A stretch of DNA of 32,000 bases, from positions 1,214 to 33,213 of the forward strand of contig NZ_SNUY01000047.1 in the NCBI RefSeq assembly GCF_004376175.1, given 5' to 3'. Source of the stretch: Halalkalibacterium halodurans. Its GTDB lineage: Bacteria; Bacillota; Bacilli; Bacillales; Bacillaceae_D. Each line of letters opens with the position of its first letter. Within the stretch, counting starts at the first letter, position 1. Positions 23,120 through 30,689 of this stretch are shown piece after piece. Below the pieces are notes generated by a model. It saw only the letters and a program-made list of their open reading frames with translations, made no database searches and was not told the origin of the DNA. The position numbers and the translations under genes were made by a program.

Positions 23120-24865
23120 ATGTGTGAACAAAAGTATCGCTGGACGAAAAAGCAAATTCGGCAACAGTTAGCTGTCGTTAGAGGGGAAATGGCTCCAACC
23201 CTTGTGTTAAAAAATGCAACGTATCTTAACAGTGTACGAGGCAAATGGCTTGATGCGAATATTTGGATTTATCAAGATCGCATCGTGTACGTGGGGCAAG
23301 ACATGCCAGCAAAACTTGACGATGAAACGGAAGTGGTTGACTGTGGTCAACAAGTGATCGTCCCTGGTTATATTGAGCACCATGCCCACCCGTTTCAATT
23401 ATATAATCCCCACAGTTTTGCGAATTATGCGGCTGCGATGGGAACTACGACACTGATCAATGATAACTTAATGTTCTTTTTGGCGCTGGAAAAAAAGAAA
23501 GCGCTTTCTATGATTGAGTCATTAGATGAGCTCCCCTCTTCTATGTACTGGTGGTGCCGTTACGATCCGCAAACGGAAATGAATGATGAAGAGGGGCATT
23601 TCTTAAATTCGAAAATCAAAGAGTGGCTTGAACATCCTTTGGTCGTACAAGGTGGAGAACTCACATCTTGGCCAAAAGTGATCACAGGGGATGACGGCAT
23701 CCTCCATTGGATGCAGGAGACGAGACGGCTAAGAAAGCCCATCGAGGGTCATTTTCCTGGCGCTTCGGAAAAAACGTTGACGCAAATGAGTTTGCTCGGA
23801 GTCACAAGCGATCATGAAGCAATGACAGGGGAAGAGGTCGTACGTCGGTTAGATCTCGGTTATATGACATCCCTTCGCCATTCATCGATAAGATCGGATC
23901 TGGCAAAGATTCTCCGTGAAATGAAGGAGCTTGGCATTGATGACTTTAGTCGATGTATGCTGACAACCGATGGATCACCTCCATCCTTTTATGAGCAAGG
24001 AATCATGGATCGGCTGATTAAAATTGCCCTAGATGAAGGAATTCCACCGAAGGATGCGTATGGAATGGCCACATATTATGTTGCCAGATATTACGGCTTG
24101 GACTATGAGCTCGGCATGATTGCACCAGGGCGTATAGCTCATCTGAACTTTTTAGAAAATGTATTTAATCCTGTTCCGACGTCTGTCCTTGCGAAAGGTC
24201 AATGGGTCGTGAGGGACGGACAAAGGTATGGTACCGATTCCGTATTTCCATGGGAAGACTTTGGGATGAAGCGTTTAACAATCGACTGGGACCTCTCGGT
24301 AGATGAGCTCCATTTTTCGATGCCGATGGGGATCGAGCTCGTCAACTCGGTCATCTTAAAGCCGTATCAAGTAAGCGTTGAAGCGAGCCGGGATACGCTT
24401 GCAGAAGACCATGATGAGTGTTTTTTCTTGCTGCTCGATAAGCATGGAAAGTGGAAGATTCCGACGATGATTAAAGGGTTTGCAAAAAAAGTATCTGGCC
24501 TTGCAAGTTCATTCTCAACAACTGGGGATATTATTTTAATTGGAAAATGTATACAAGATATGATTGTGGCTTTCAATGCGTTAAAACAGCAAGGAGGCGG
24601 CATTGTCCTCGTTGAAAATGGAGAAATCACCAGCAACATTCCGTTAGAAATCATGGGACTCCTTTCATCGAAACCGATGGAAGAAGTGATGGAGGAAGAG
24701 AAAAAGTTCGTAAAAGCGCTAAGAGAAAGAGGGTATGAGCACGACGACCCGATTTACAGCCTCCTGTTTTTCTCTTCGACACATCTCCCGTATATCCGGG
24801 TGACCCAGAGGGGAATCTATGATGTTCATAAGAAAACAGTTCTCTTTCCTTCAATTATGCGTTAA
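23120..24865 (+). CDS. yerA: YerA-type adenine-deaminase paralog (amidohydrolase superfamily; possibly an N6-methyladenine deaminase).
   Basis: 581 aa, collinear with the adeC product in this window. Compare YIEHHAHP with FIDGHVHI, SDHEAMTGEE with NDHEAVTPEE, and IEGHFPG with IDGHGAG. It lacks the ADPHEIANV block (it has INDNLMFF). The RBS is weak. Confidence 0.8.
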   Translation: MCEQKYRWTKKQIRQQLAVVRGEMAPTLVLKNATYLNSVRGKWLDANIWIYQDRIVYVGQDMPAKLDDETEVVDCGQQVIVPGYIEHHAHPFQLYNPHSFANYAAAMGTTTLINDNLMFFLALEKKKALSMIESLDELPSSMYWWCRYDPQTEMNDEEGHFLNSKIKEWLEHPLVVQGGELTSWPKVITGDDGILHWMQETRRLRKPIEGHFPGASEKTLTQMSLLGVTSDHEAMTGEEVVRRLDLGYMTSLRHSSIRSDLAKILREMKELGIDDFSRCMLTTDGSPPSFYEQGIMDRLIKIALDEGIPPKDAYGMATYYVARYYGLDYELGMIAPGRIAHLNFLENVFNPVPTSVLAKGQWVVRDGQRYGTDSVFPWEDFGMKRLTIDWDLSVDELHFSMPMGIELVNSVILKPYQVSVEASRDTLAEDHDECFFLLLDKHGKWKIPTMIKGFAKKVSGLASSFSTTGDIILIGKCIQDMIVAFNALKQQGGGIVLVENGEITSNIPLEIMGLLSSKPMEEVMEEEKKFVKALRERGYEHDDPIYSLLFFSSTHLPYIRVTQRGIYDVHKKTVLFPSIMR

Positions 24866-24907
24866 ACTATAAAAGGATACTTAGGTCCTTTTGGGGAGGA
24901 AACTGAG

Positions 24908-24970
24908 AAGCAAGGCGCCATGGACCTACTTGATGAAACGTTCGTATTCATCCTATGGCCCTTGCTTTTT
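24908..24970 (+). terminator. Long bipartite hairpin plus T-run between yerA and yerB (terminator or attenuator).
   Basis: An outer 15-bp stem, AAGCAAGG(C)GCCATGG / CTATGGCCCTTGCTT, with one bulge. An inner stem GATGAA/TTCATC. TTTTT follows at 24966-24970. Confidence 0.65.
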
Positions 24971-25019
24971 GTGGTGAAGACGGCCACCTATCACTTGAAC
25001 GAACAAAGGGCGTGTCTCA

Positions 25020-26078
25020 ATGAAAAAAATAATCCTTTTGCTCTTTTTGCTTTCTGCCACTGTCGTGCTACTTGTTGGATGCGGAGGGGATGAAGAACTG
25101 GAGGCCCATGATAACGTGCCAATGAAAGAAGAGGGCGACGTTGAAGAAGCTTCGACCATTACTTACCCTCTTACAGGAGAAGTGGCGAAGGAACAAGTGA
25201 ATAGGCGTGTAATCGGTGTGACGATTAACAATCATCCTGAAGCCCGTCCCCATTCAGGCATTCAGGCTGCCGACCTTGTTTACGAAGTTCTTTCTGAAGG
25301 TGAGGTAACCCGTTTGGTTGCTCTTTTTCACAGTGAATATCCAGAAAGGGTTGGTTCGGTGCGCAGTTCTAGACCGTACCATATTGAACTTGTGCAAGGG
25401 TATGGTGGGCTTCTTGTAACACATGGGTGGAGTCCAGAAGCTGAGCAATTGCTCAAAGCTGGACGAGCCGATTACTTGAACGGATTATTTCATGATGGCA
25501 CACTTTTTCAACGTTCTCCTGACCGGAAAGCCCCTCACAATTCTTACATTACATTTGCAAACATTCAAAAAGGGTTAACCGATAAGGGATACACATTGGA
25601 GGGGGACGTGGCTCCTTTCCGCTTTTATGAGGAAGGGGCGGAAATGGAAGGGCTTGCGATTGATGAGCTGACGATCAATTATTTTGATCGGAACCGCGTC
25701 ACATACAGGATCCAGTCTGAATCGGGTGAGATGACCCGCTACAATGAGGAGCTGCAGACGATTGATCTGGACACACGGAAGCCTGTGGAAGTGTCCAACT
25801 TGTTTGTTGTGGAAACGGACCATCGGGTACTTGACGATCAAGGTCGACGTGAGATCAACTTGACATCTGGTGGAAGAGGTCTTCTTCTCCAAGGTGGCCG
25901 GCTGCAATTTGTTGAATGGAAAAATGAAAATGGACGAATCCTTCCTGTACAGAATGGAGAAATCGTGCCGTTTTTATCTGGACAAACGTGGATCAATATT
26001 GTGCCAACATCACCTGGTTTAGATAAAATGGTAGAGTGGAACAATGATGAGAAAGGTGTGACCGATGATGCAAATTGA
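25020..26078 (+). CDS. yerB: DUF3048 lipoprotein.
   Basis: 352 aa. Signal peptide plus lipobox (LLVGC). Synteny yerA-yerB-yerC as in B. subtilis. Confidence 0.8.
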   Translation: MKKIILLLFLLSATVVLLVGCGGDEELEAHDNVPMKEEGDVEEASTITYPLTGEVAKEQVNRRVIGVTINNHPEARPHSGIQAADLVYEVLSEGEVTRLVALFHSEYPERVGSVRSSRPYHIELVQGYGGLLVTHGWSPEAEQLLKAGRADYLNGLFHDGTLFQRSPDRKAPHNSYITFANIQKGLTDKGYTLEGDVAPFRFYEEGAEMEGLAIDELTINYFDRNRVTYRIQSESGEMTRYNEELQTIDLDTRKPVEVSNLFVVETDHRVLDDQGRREINLTSGGRGLLLQGGRLQFVEWKNENGRILPVQNGEIVPFLSGQTWINIVPTSPGLDKMVEWNNDEKGVTDDAN

Positions 26079-26370
26079 CAAATTAAGAGGCCGTGAATTG
26101 GATCAATTGTTCAAATCGATCCTGTCATTACGTGACTTAGAAGAATGCTATCAATTTTTCGATGATCTATGTACAATAAATGAAATTCAATCGTTAGCCC
26201 AACGTTTAGAAGTGGCGCGGATGCTTCGTGAAGGAGCCACTTATCATAAAATTGAAACAGAAACAGGGGCAAGTACAGCGACCATTTCTCGTGTTAAACG
26301 TTGCTTAAATTACGGTAACGACGGTTATAAAATGACGTTAGAACGAATCAAAGACGTTGAAGCTGAGTAA
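26065..26370 (+). CDS. yerC: TrpR-like YerC/YecD family protein.
   Basis: 101 aa with ...INEIQSLAQRLEVARML..GATYHKIETETGASTATISRVKRCL, which is TrpR-type HTH. It overlaps yerB by 14 nt. Confidence 0.88.
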   Translation: MMQIDKLRGRELDQLFKSILSLRDLEECYQFFDDLCTINEIQSLAQRLEVARMLREGATYHKIETETGASTATISRVKRCLNYGNDGYKMTLERIKDVEAE

Positions 26371-26371
26371 C

Positions 26372-26407
26372 AAATCCGCCATCTAAGGGATGGCGGGTTT
26401 GTTTTTT
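26372..26407 (+). terminator. Rho-independent terminator after yerC.
   Basis: 12-bp stem AAATCCGCCATC / GATGGCGGGTTT with a 5-nt loop, followed by GTTTTTT. Confidence 0.85.
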
Positions 26408-26544
26408 CGTTAAAGCCCTCGATTTAGTCATTGTTTAGGCCTAGACTTGCAAAAGATTGTTAGTCATTTTATCAAGAGTGCTGATTTTTTTCATCGTTTT
26501 CGATACAATAGGAAAAATAAATTCGTGCAAGGACGTGGTAGTGG

Positions 26545-28302
26545 ATGACAGATCGATTGGAACGAAAACTTGCCATCGCGGCAAATCAAGATAAAGCGGA
26601 TCTTCTTATCAAAAATGGCCAAATCGTCGACGTCTTTCAACTGGAGACATTTGAAGGAGACGTTGTCATTGCAGGCGGAGAAATCGTCGCCATTAGTGAT
26701 CCAGGAACATATGAAGCCCACGAAGAGGTGGATGCAAAGGGGGCTTTCATTGCTCCAGCTTTTATTGATGGTCATGTTCATATCGAATCCTCAATGGTAG
26801 CACCTGAGCAATTTGCCAAGGTTGTCGTACCTCACGGGGTCACAACCGTCATTGCAGACCCCCATGAAATTGCCAATGTGGCAGGTGTCCAAGGAGTCGA
26901 ATATTTGCTTGATGCATCAGAGGGTATTCCGTTAGACGTAAAAATGATGGTGCCTTCATGCGTACCGGCGACTCCATTTGAACATAGCGGAGCACGGCTG
27001 ACAGCAGAAGAAGTCGCCGAGCTTTTTCGCGATCCCCGCATTTTTGGCTTAGGGGAAGTGATGGACTACCCAGCCGTTTTAACTCGAGATCAAGAGATGA
27101 TGGCCAAACTAAAGGCTGCTCATTCAGAAGGGCGCATCATCGATGGGCATGGCGCAGGTCTTGATTCGGTAGCCTTGAACGCATATACAGCCGCAGGAAT
27201 CAGCAACGATCATGAGGCTGTAACGCCAGAAGAAGCAAAGGCGCGGCTTCAGCGCGGGATGTATTTGCTCATCCGTGAAGGAACTGCGGCGAAAGACTTC
27301 GATGCCTTGATGAAAGCCATTACGCCTATGAACAGTCGCCGAGCTCTATTTGTGACCGACGATAAACATTTAGATGAGCTTGTGGAAGAAGGGAGCATCG
27401 ACCATCATGTACGGAAAGCGATTCAAATTGGAGTCAACCCTTTGCAGGCGATTCAAATGGCGTCCCTCAACGCAGCGGAATGCTTTAAACTTGCGAAAAA
27501 AGGGGCAATAGCGCCAGGCTTTACGGCCGATTTACTGTTCATTGAAGATTTACAATCGTTGGCGATTACGCACGTATTTAAAAACGGCACATGTGTTGCA
27601 AAGAACGGTAAACTAATCGTTCCGATAAGGGAGACGGTTCAGCCGCCACAGCGACTGCTCGAAAGTGTCAATATGAAGCTGGTCACAAAGGAACAGCTCG
27701 AACTTTCGCTACAATCAGACGAGGAGGCGCATTTGATTCAAATTCAACCGGGCTCAATCGTGACAAAGCATATTCGGGAAAAAGTAGCGGTAAAGGATGG
27801 CGTGTTTATTCCTTCAGTCGCGAGGGATCAACTAAAGCTTGTTGTGGCGGAACGTCATCACAAGCGAGGGACCGTCGGTGTTGGTATCGTAAAAGGGTTT
27901 GGCTTGACGAAAGGGGCGATTGCTACAACGGTTGCTCATGATTCCCATAACATCGTGGCGGTCGGGACGAACGACGAAGATCTATTAGCTGCCATCAAAG
28001 AGCTTGAAAATATCCAAGGTGGCATGACGATCGTAAAAGACGGAAAAGTGTTAGTCTCGTTGCCACTTACGATCGGCGGGTTAATGTCAGACCAGTCATA
28101 CGATGTCATATGTGAACAATTAAAATCAGTTGATGCGGCGATTGGGGCACTCGGCTTTACCGGGGACTTTAATCCGTTCCTCACGTTATCCTTCCTCGCC
28201 TTACCAGTCATTCCTGAAATTAAGCTGACAGATCAAGGGCTATTCGATGTGACTTCTTTTTCGTTTATTGACCAACAAGTGTATGCAGAGGAGACGAATT
28301 AA
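26545..28302 (+). CDS. adeC: Adenine deaminase.
   Basis: 585 aa. Canonical motifs FIDGHVHIESS, VIADPHEIANV, IDGHGAG and NDHEA. Confidence 0.92.
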   Translation: MTDRLERKLAIAANQDKADLLIKNGQIVDVFQLETFEGDVVIAGGEIVAISDPGTYEAHEEVDAKGAFIAPAFIDGHVHIESSMVAPEQFAKVVVPHGVTTVIADPHEIANVAGVQGVEYLLDASEGIPLDVKMMVPSCVPATPFEHSGARLTAEEVAELFRDPRIFGLGEVMDYPAVLTRDQEMMAKLKAAHSEGRIIDGHGAGLDSVALNAYTAAGISNDHEAVTPEEAKARLQRGMYLLIREGTAAKDFDALMKAITPMNSRRALFVTDDKHLDELVEEGSIDHHVRKAIQIGVNPLQAIQMASLNAAECFKLAKKGAIAPGFTADLLFIEDLQSLAITHVFKNGTCVAKNGKLIVPIRETVQPPQRLLESVNMKLVTKEQLELSLQSDEEAHLIQIQPGSIVTKHIREKVAVKDGVFIPSVARDQLKLVVAERHHKRGTVGVGIVKGFGLTKGAIATTVAHDSHNIVAVGTNDEDLLAAIKELENIQGGMTIVKDGKVLVSLPLTIGGLMSDQSYDVICEQLKSVDAAIGALGFTGDFNPFLTLSFLALPVIPEIKLTDQGLFDVTSFSFIDQQVYAEETN

Positions 28303-28309
28303 AGGATAA

Positions 28310-28340
28310 AGGGAGCAATCTTAGGAGTGCTCCCTATTTT
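28310..28340 (+). terminator. Terminator after adeC.
   Basis: Stem AGGGAGCA / TGCTCCCT with a 10-nt loop, followed by ATTTTCCTTTT. Confidence 0.7.
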
Positions 28341-28430
28341 CCTTTTCCTTCATTTAATTTTCATGAATCGTGAAACCATCCATTCATTGCTTACGTAGAT
28401 TTAAAAAATACTCACAAAGGAGAAGTCAAC

Positions 28431-28607
28431 GTGTTTCTGTTCAATATGATCATAAGCGCTGTCGGCATTTTATTAATATTTGCAGTCCTGTTTGTTTTTA
28501 TCGTTAGCTTGTTACAGAGTAAACAACATAAGTTTTCGTATATGATATTAATAATGGCCGTATTTTTTATCGTGTTGATCGTTCGAGACACGATCCACTT
28601 TCTATGA
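28431..28607 (+). CDS. Unannotated 58-aa ORF with two TM helices (MFLFNMIISAVGILLIFAVLFVFIVSLLQSKQHKFSYMILIMAVFFIVLIVRDTIHFL).
   Basis: GTG start is preceded by AAAGGAG with an 8-nt spacer. Two hydrophobic helices are separated by a basic loop. It is just under the track's length cutoff. There is no homology evidence. Confidence 0.45.
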   Translation: MFLFNMIISAVGILLIFAVLFVFIVSLLQSKQHKFSYMILIMAVFFIVLIVRDTIHFL

Positions 28608-28646
28608 ACTATGTGGAACCCCCTTGACTAAATGTAAAACACTTTA

Positions 28647-28668
28647 TTATCATTATTAATAATGATAA
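28647..28668. promoter_or_regulatory. Perfect 22-bp palindrome, a candidate operator overlapping the promoter/RBS region of the HTH gene.
   Basis: TTATCATTATT|AATAATGATAA is an exact inverted repeat. It lies between a TTGACT -35-like hexamer (28624-28629) and the AAAGGAGG RBS, and ends 18 nt before GTG 28687. Confidence 0.7.
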
Positions 28669-28686
28669 AGGAGGCGGATCAAACCA

Positions 28687-29235
28687 GTGGCAAAGAAAAA
28701 GGCTGACTTGCTCCTTCATCCTGTGAGAATGCGGATCATTCAAGCGATAATGTCGAAAAAGCCAATGAGCCCATTAGAGCTTCTCGAGGTACTGCAGGAT
28801 GTTCCACAAGCGACGTTATACCGACAAATCAAGGTTCTGGAAGACGCGGACATTTTACGTGTTGTGAGCACCCATAAACGGCGAGGGGCATTAGAGAAAG
28901 TATATGGGATTGACCAGGAAACATTGCATATCCTTGACGACGAGCTCGAACATACGACGAGGGAAGAGCATGTTCGTTATTATTTAACATATCAAGCGAA
29001 TGTGCTTCAAGAAGTAGAGGCATATGTGATGAGCAGGGACCCAAACCATTACAAAGAGGATGGGTTCGGCTACTGGCAGACACCTCTCCATCTAACGGAA
29101 CAAGAACAGCAGGAGTTTGCAGAAAAGCTAGTCGAGCTTGTGCAGACTTATGCGCAAAACGAACCGAGGAGCGACCGAAATACGGTGACGATGGCGACGA
29201 CATTCGTTCCCCAAATAAAGGGAGAGTCATCCTAA
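28687..29235 (+). CDS. Winged-HTH transcriptional regulator (ArsR-like HTH_20 type) with a ~90-aa C-terminal extension.
   Basis: 182 aa. N-terminus LLHPVRMRIIQAI...SPLELLEVLQDVPQATLYRQIKVLEDADIL is typical of ArsR-type wHTH but has no CxC metal site. GTG start lies 12 nt after AAAGGAGG. Confidence 0.75.
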   Translation: MAKKKADLLLHPVRMRIIQAIMSKKPMSPLELLEVLQDVPQATLYRQIKVLEDADILRVVSTHKRRGALEKVYGIDQETLHILDDELEHTTREEHVRYYLTYQANVLQEVEAYVMSRDPNHYKEDGFGYWQTPLHLTEQEQQEFAEKLVELVQTYAQNEPRSDRNTVTMATTFVPQIKGESS

Positions 29236-29270
29236 AATGGTTCGCCTTGGTGGAATGGAGGCGATGGTCA

Positions 29271-29486
29271 ATGAATATAGCTGATGATAGGCTGAAATAT
29301 GTCCTTATTCTTCTTCTCGCAGGATTACAAGTTGGCGGCATTGTTATGGTGTTTATCAATCTCCGCATCGCGATGTTTTTATTTATTGGGTATGGATTGG
29401 CGTTGGTTTTACTAATTCTACTAATGGTATGGGAACGAAGAGAAGAAAAAAGGGAGGAACTTGACTATGATGATTGTGACTACTGA
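29271..29486 (+). CDS. Small 2-TM membrane protein with an acidic Cys-containing tail.
   Basis: The start MNIADDRLKYVLILLLAG... has GGAGG 9 nt upstream of ATG 29271. Two hydrophobic helices. The tail is REEKREELDYDDCDY. It overlaps the next gene by 20 nt. Confidence 0.6.
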   Translation: MNIADDRLKYVLILLLAGLQVGGIVMVFINLRIAMFLFIGYGLALVLLILLMVWERREEKREELDYDDCDY

Positions 29487-29787
29487 TCGGATTGATGGCT
29501 ACAACGTAAATGAAGTGAAAGGATATGTGAAAGGAAGCACGGTACAAACGAAACATATCGGAAGAGATATTACCGCAGGATTAAAAGGATTAGTGGGCGG
29601 TGAAATCAAAGGATACAGCGAGATGATGGATGAAGCAAGGAAGCTTGCGATTCATCGAATGGTACAAGATGCGGAAGCAAAAGGAGCAAACGCAGTCATT
29701 GGTTTTCGTCTGCAAACCTCGACGGTGATGGCCAATGCAGCAGAAATCATTGCGTACGGAACGGCGGTTGAAGTGGAAAAAGAATAA
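29467..29787 (+). CDS. YbjQ / UPF0145 (DUF74) family protein.
   Basis: ~106 aa with TTDRIDGYNV..VKG.V.GS...K.IGRDI.AGLK.LVGGEI.GY......AR..A..RM...A...GANAV.G.R..T, typical of UPF0145. GGGAGG lies upstream of ATG 29467 and ATG 29470. The track's TTG 29461 is too close to the RBS. Confidence 0.85.
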   Translation: MMIVTTDRIDGYNVNEVKGYVKGSTVQTKHIGRDITAGLKGLVGGEIKGYSEMMDEARKLAIHRMVQDAEAKGANAVIGFRLQTSTVMANAAEIIAYGTAVEVEKE

Positions 29788-29794
29788 ACGAGAT

Positions 29795-29826
29795 AAAAAA
29801 TGAAATCATGTCGATTTCATTTTTTT
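29795..29826. terminator. Bidirectional terminator between the YbjQ-like gene (+) and the DUF3147 gene (-).
   Basis: AAAAAATGAAATC-ATGTC-GATTTCATTTTTT. It has a 13-bp stem including A/T-run arms, so a U-tract is available on both strands. Confidence 0.85.
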
Positions 29827-29835
29827 CATGCTTTA

Positions 29836-30174
29836 TTAAGTAAACATTCTATTGAGAAGGTCTTGAACGTAAATAAAAACCGCCCATGCGACCATACCGG
29901 CACAAAGGGAAACAATGAATGGTACCGAGTGTTTCGTAAGGAAGTAGACGATCAATAAAAGGAATCCTGTGGCGGGTAAACCGATAAGAACTCCTAACGT
30001 AAACTGGTTCATATTTGTCTCACTTTCCCCTTGAATGCTTAACCAAAACAAGCTTAACAAGCTAACAAGGGGAAGTGCGGCGATGATCCCGCCATAGGTG
30101 GGAAGCCGGCGGCTAATCTCCGTAACAATGGCAATCACGAACCCTGATACAATCATTTTTAAGACGAAAAACAT
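29836..30174 (-). CDS. DUF3147-like small polytopic membrane protein.
   Basis: 112 aa with 4 predicted TM helices (MFFVLKMIVSGFVIAIVTEISRR...). RBS GAGGAGG lies 7 nt upstream. It overlaps the 3' end of the MarR gene by 16 nt. Confidence 0.7.
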   Translation of the reverse strand: MFFVLKMIVSGFVIAIVTEISRRLPTYGGIIAALPLVSLLSLFWLSIQGESETNMNQFTLGVLIGLPATGFLLLIVYFLTKHSVPFIVSLCAGMVAWAVFIYVQDLLNRMFT

Positions 30175-30569
30175 CGCTTAGCCTCCTCGCTTAAGCGGCG
30201 AAAAGCAGCCTCGATCATTGCCTGCTCTTCCTTGGACAAATGGGTGTAAACGGCTTCGAGCTTTTTCTCATCTAAGCTCGTATGGTGGAAGAGAATGTTC
30301 TTTCCATTAGGTGTTAATGACAGAACAACCTTTCGTTCATCCTTAGGGTCCCTTCCTTTTTCTACATACCCTTTTTGAATGAGCCGTTTCATATGTTCAG
30401 ACGCGGTGTTTTGCGAGATTTGCAGGAGATGGGCAATATCGCGAACCCCTACCCTTTCTTTTTTATCGATATGCTGCATGATGCGAATCATCTGGTGAGT
30501 TACTTTTTCTTCCCCGTGGGTGTAGTGCAAGTAGTAATAAATGTCGGTCCAGTACTGATTTAGGTCCAT
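30159..30569 (-). CDS. MarR-family transcriptional regulator.
   Basis: 136 aa. wHTH IAHLLQISQNTASEHMKRLIQKGYVEKGRDPKDERKVVLSLTPNG. RBS AAGAGGTG. Confidence 0.88.
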   Translation of the reverse strand: MDLNQYWTDIYYYLHYTHGEEKVTHQMIRIMQHIDKKERVGVRDIAHLLQISQNTASEHMKRLIQKGYVEKGRDPKDERKVVLSLTPNGKNILFHHTSLDEKKLEAVYTHLSKEEQAMIEAAFRRLSEEAKRCFSS

Positions 30570-30586
30570 TAGAACACCTCTTTTAT

Positions 30587-30626
30587 CGCTATTTACGATT
30601 ATATCTTATATTACGATATAATAGCG
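30587..30626. promoter_or_regulatory. Divergent promoter/operator region with repeats, between marR (-) and the HD gene (+).
   Basis: CGCTATT...AATAGCG 7-bp inverted arms enclose two direct repeats, TTACGATTATAT (30593-30604) and TTACGATATAAT (30611-30622). Each repeat contains a TATAAT box, one on each strand. Confidence 0.55.
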
Positions 30627-30689
30627 GCTTTTGCAAGTGAAAGAATCATGGTATGCTAGTTTTTCCAATTGAAACAGGGAGGGATGAAG

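Noticed and set aside
24920-25093. ~57-aa plus-strand ORF starting inside the yerA-yerB hairpin and overlapping the yerB start out of frame.
   Set aside because: The nearest GGAGG is 18 nt from the ATG, which is too far. The start codon is sequestered in the 15-bp stem. It overlaps a well-supported lipoprotein gene.
26491-26781. 96-aa minus-strand ORF overlapping the adeC start.
   Set aside because: It lies antisense to the conserved N-terminus of adenine deaminase. It has no RBS.
28647-28668. Reading the 22-bp palindrome as a canonical Fur box.
   Set aside because: It shares the decamer ATAATGATAA with the 19-bp Fur consensus. Its half-sites, however, are arranged 7-2-7 (TCATTAT-TA-ATAATGA) rather than the TGATAAT-N-ATTATCA 7-1-7 arrangement of Bacillus Fur/PerR/Zur boxes. 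The resemblance may be only AT-rich coincidence. It is retained as an alternative hypothesis, not as a call.
28829-29368. 179-aa minus-strand ORF antisense to the wHTH regulator and the small membrane protein gene.
   Set aside because: It has no RBS. The translation is Arg/Ser/Pro-rich with no recognisable fold. The plus-strand genes have good RBSs, a recognisable HTH and operon logic.
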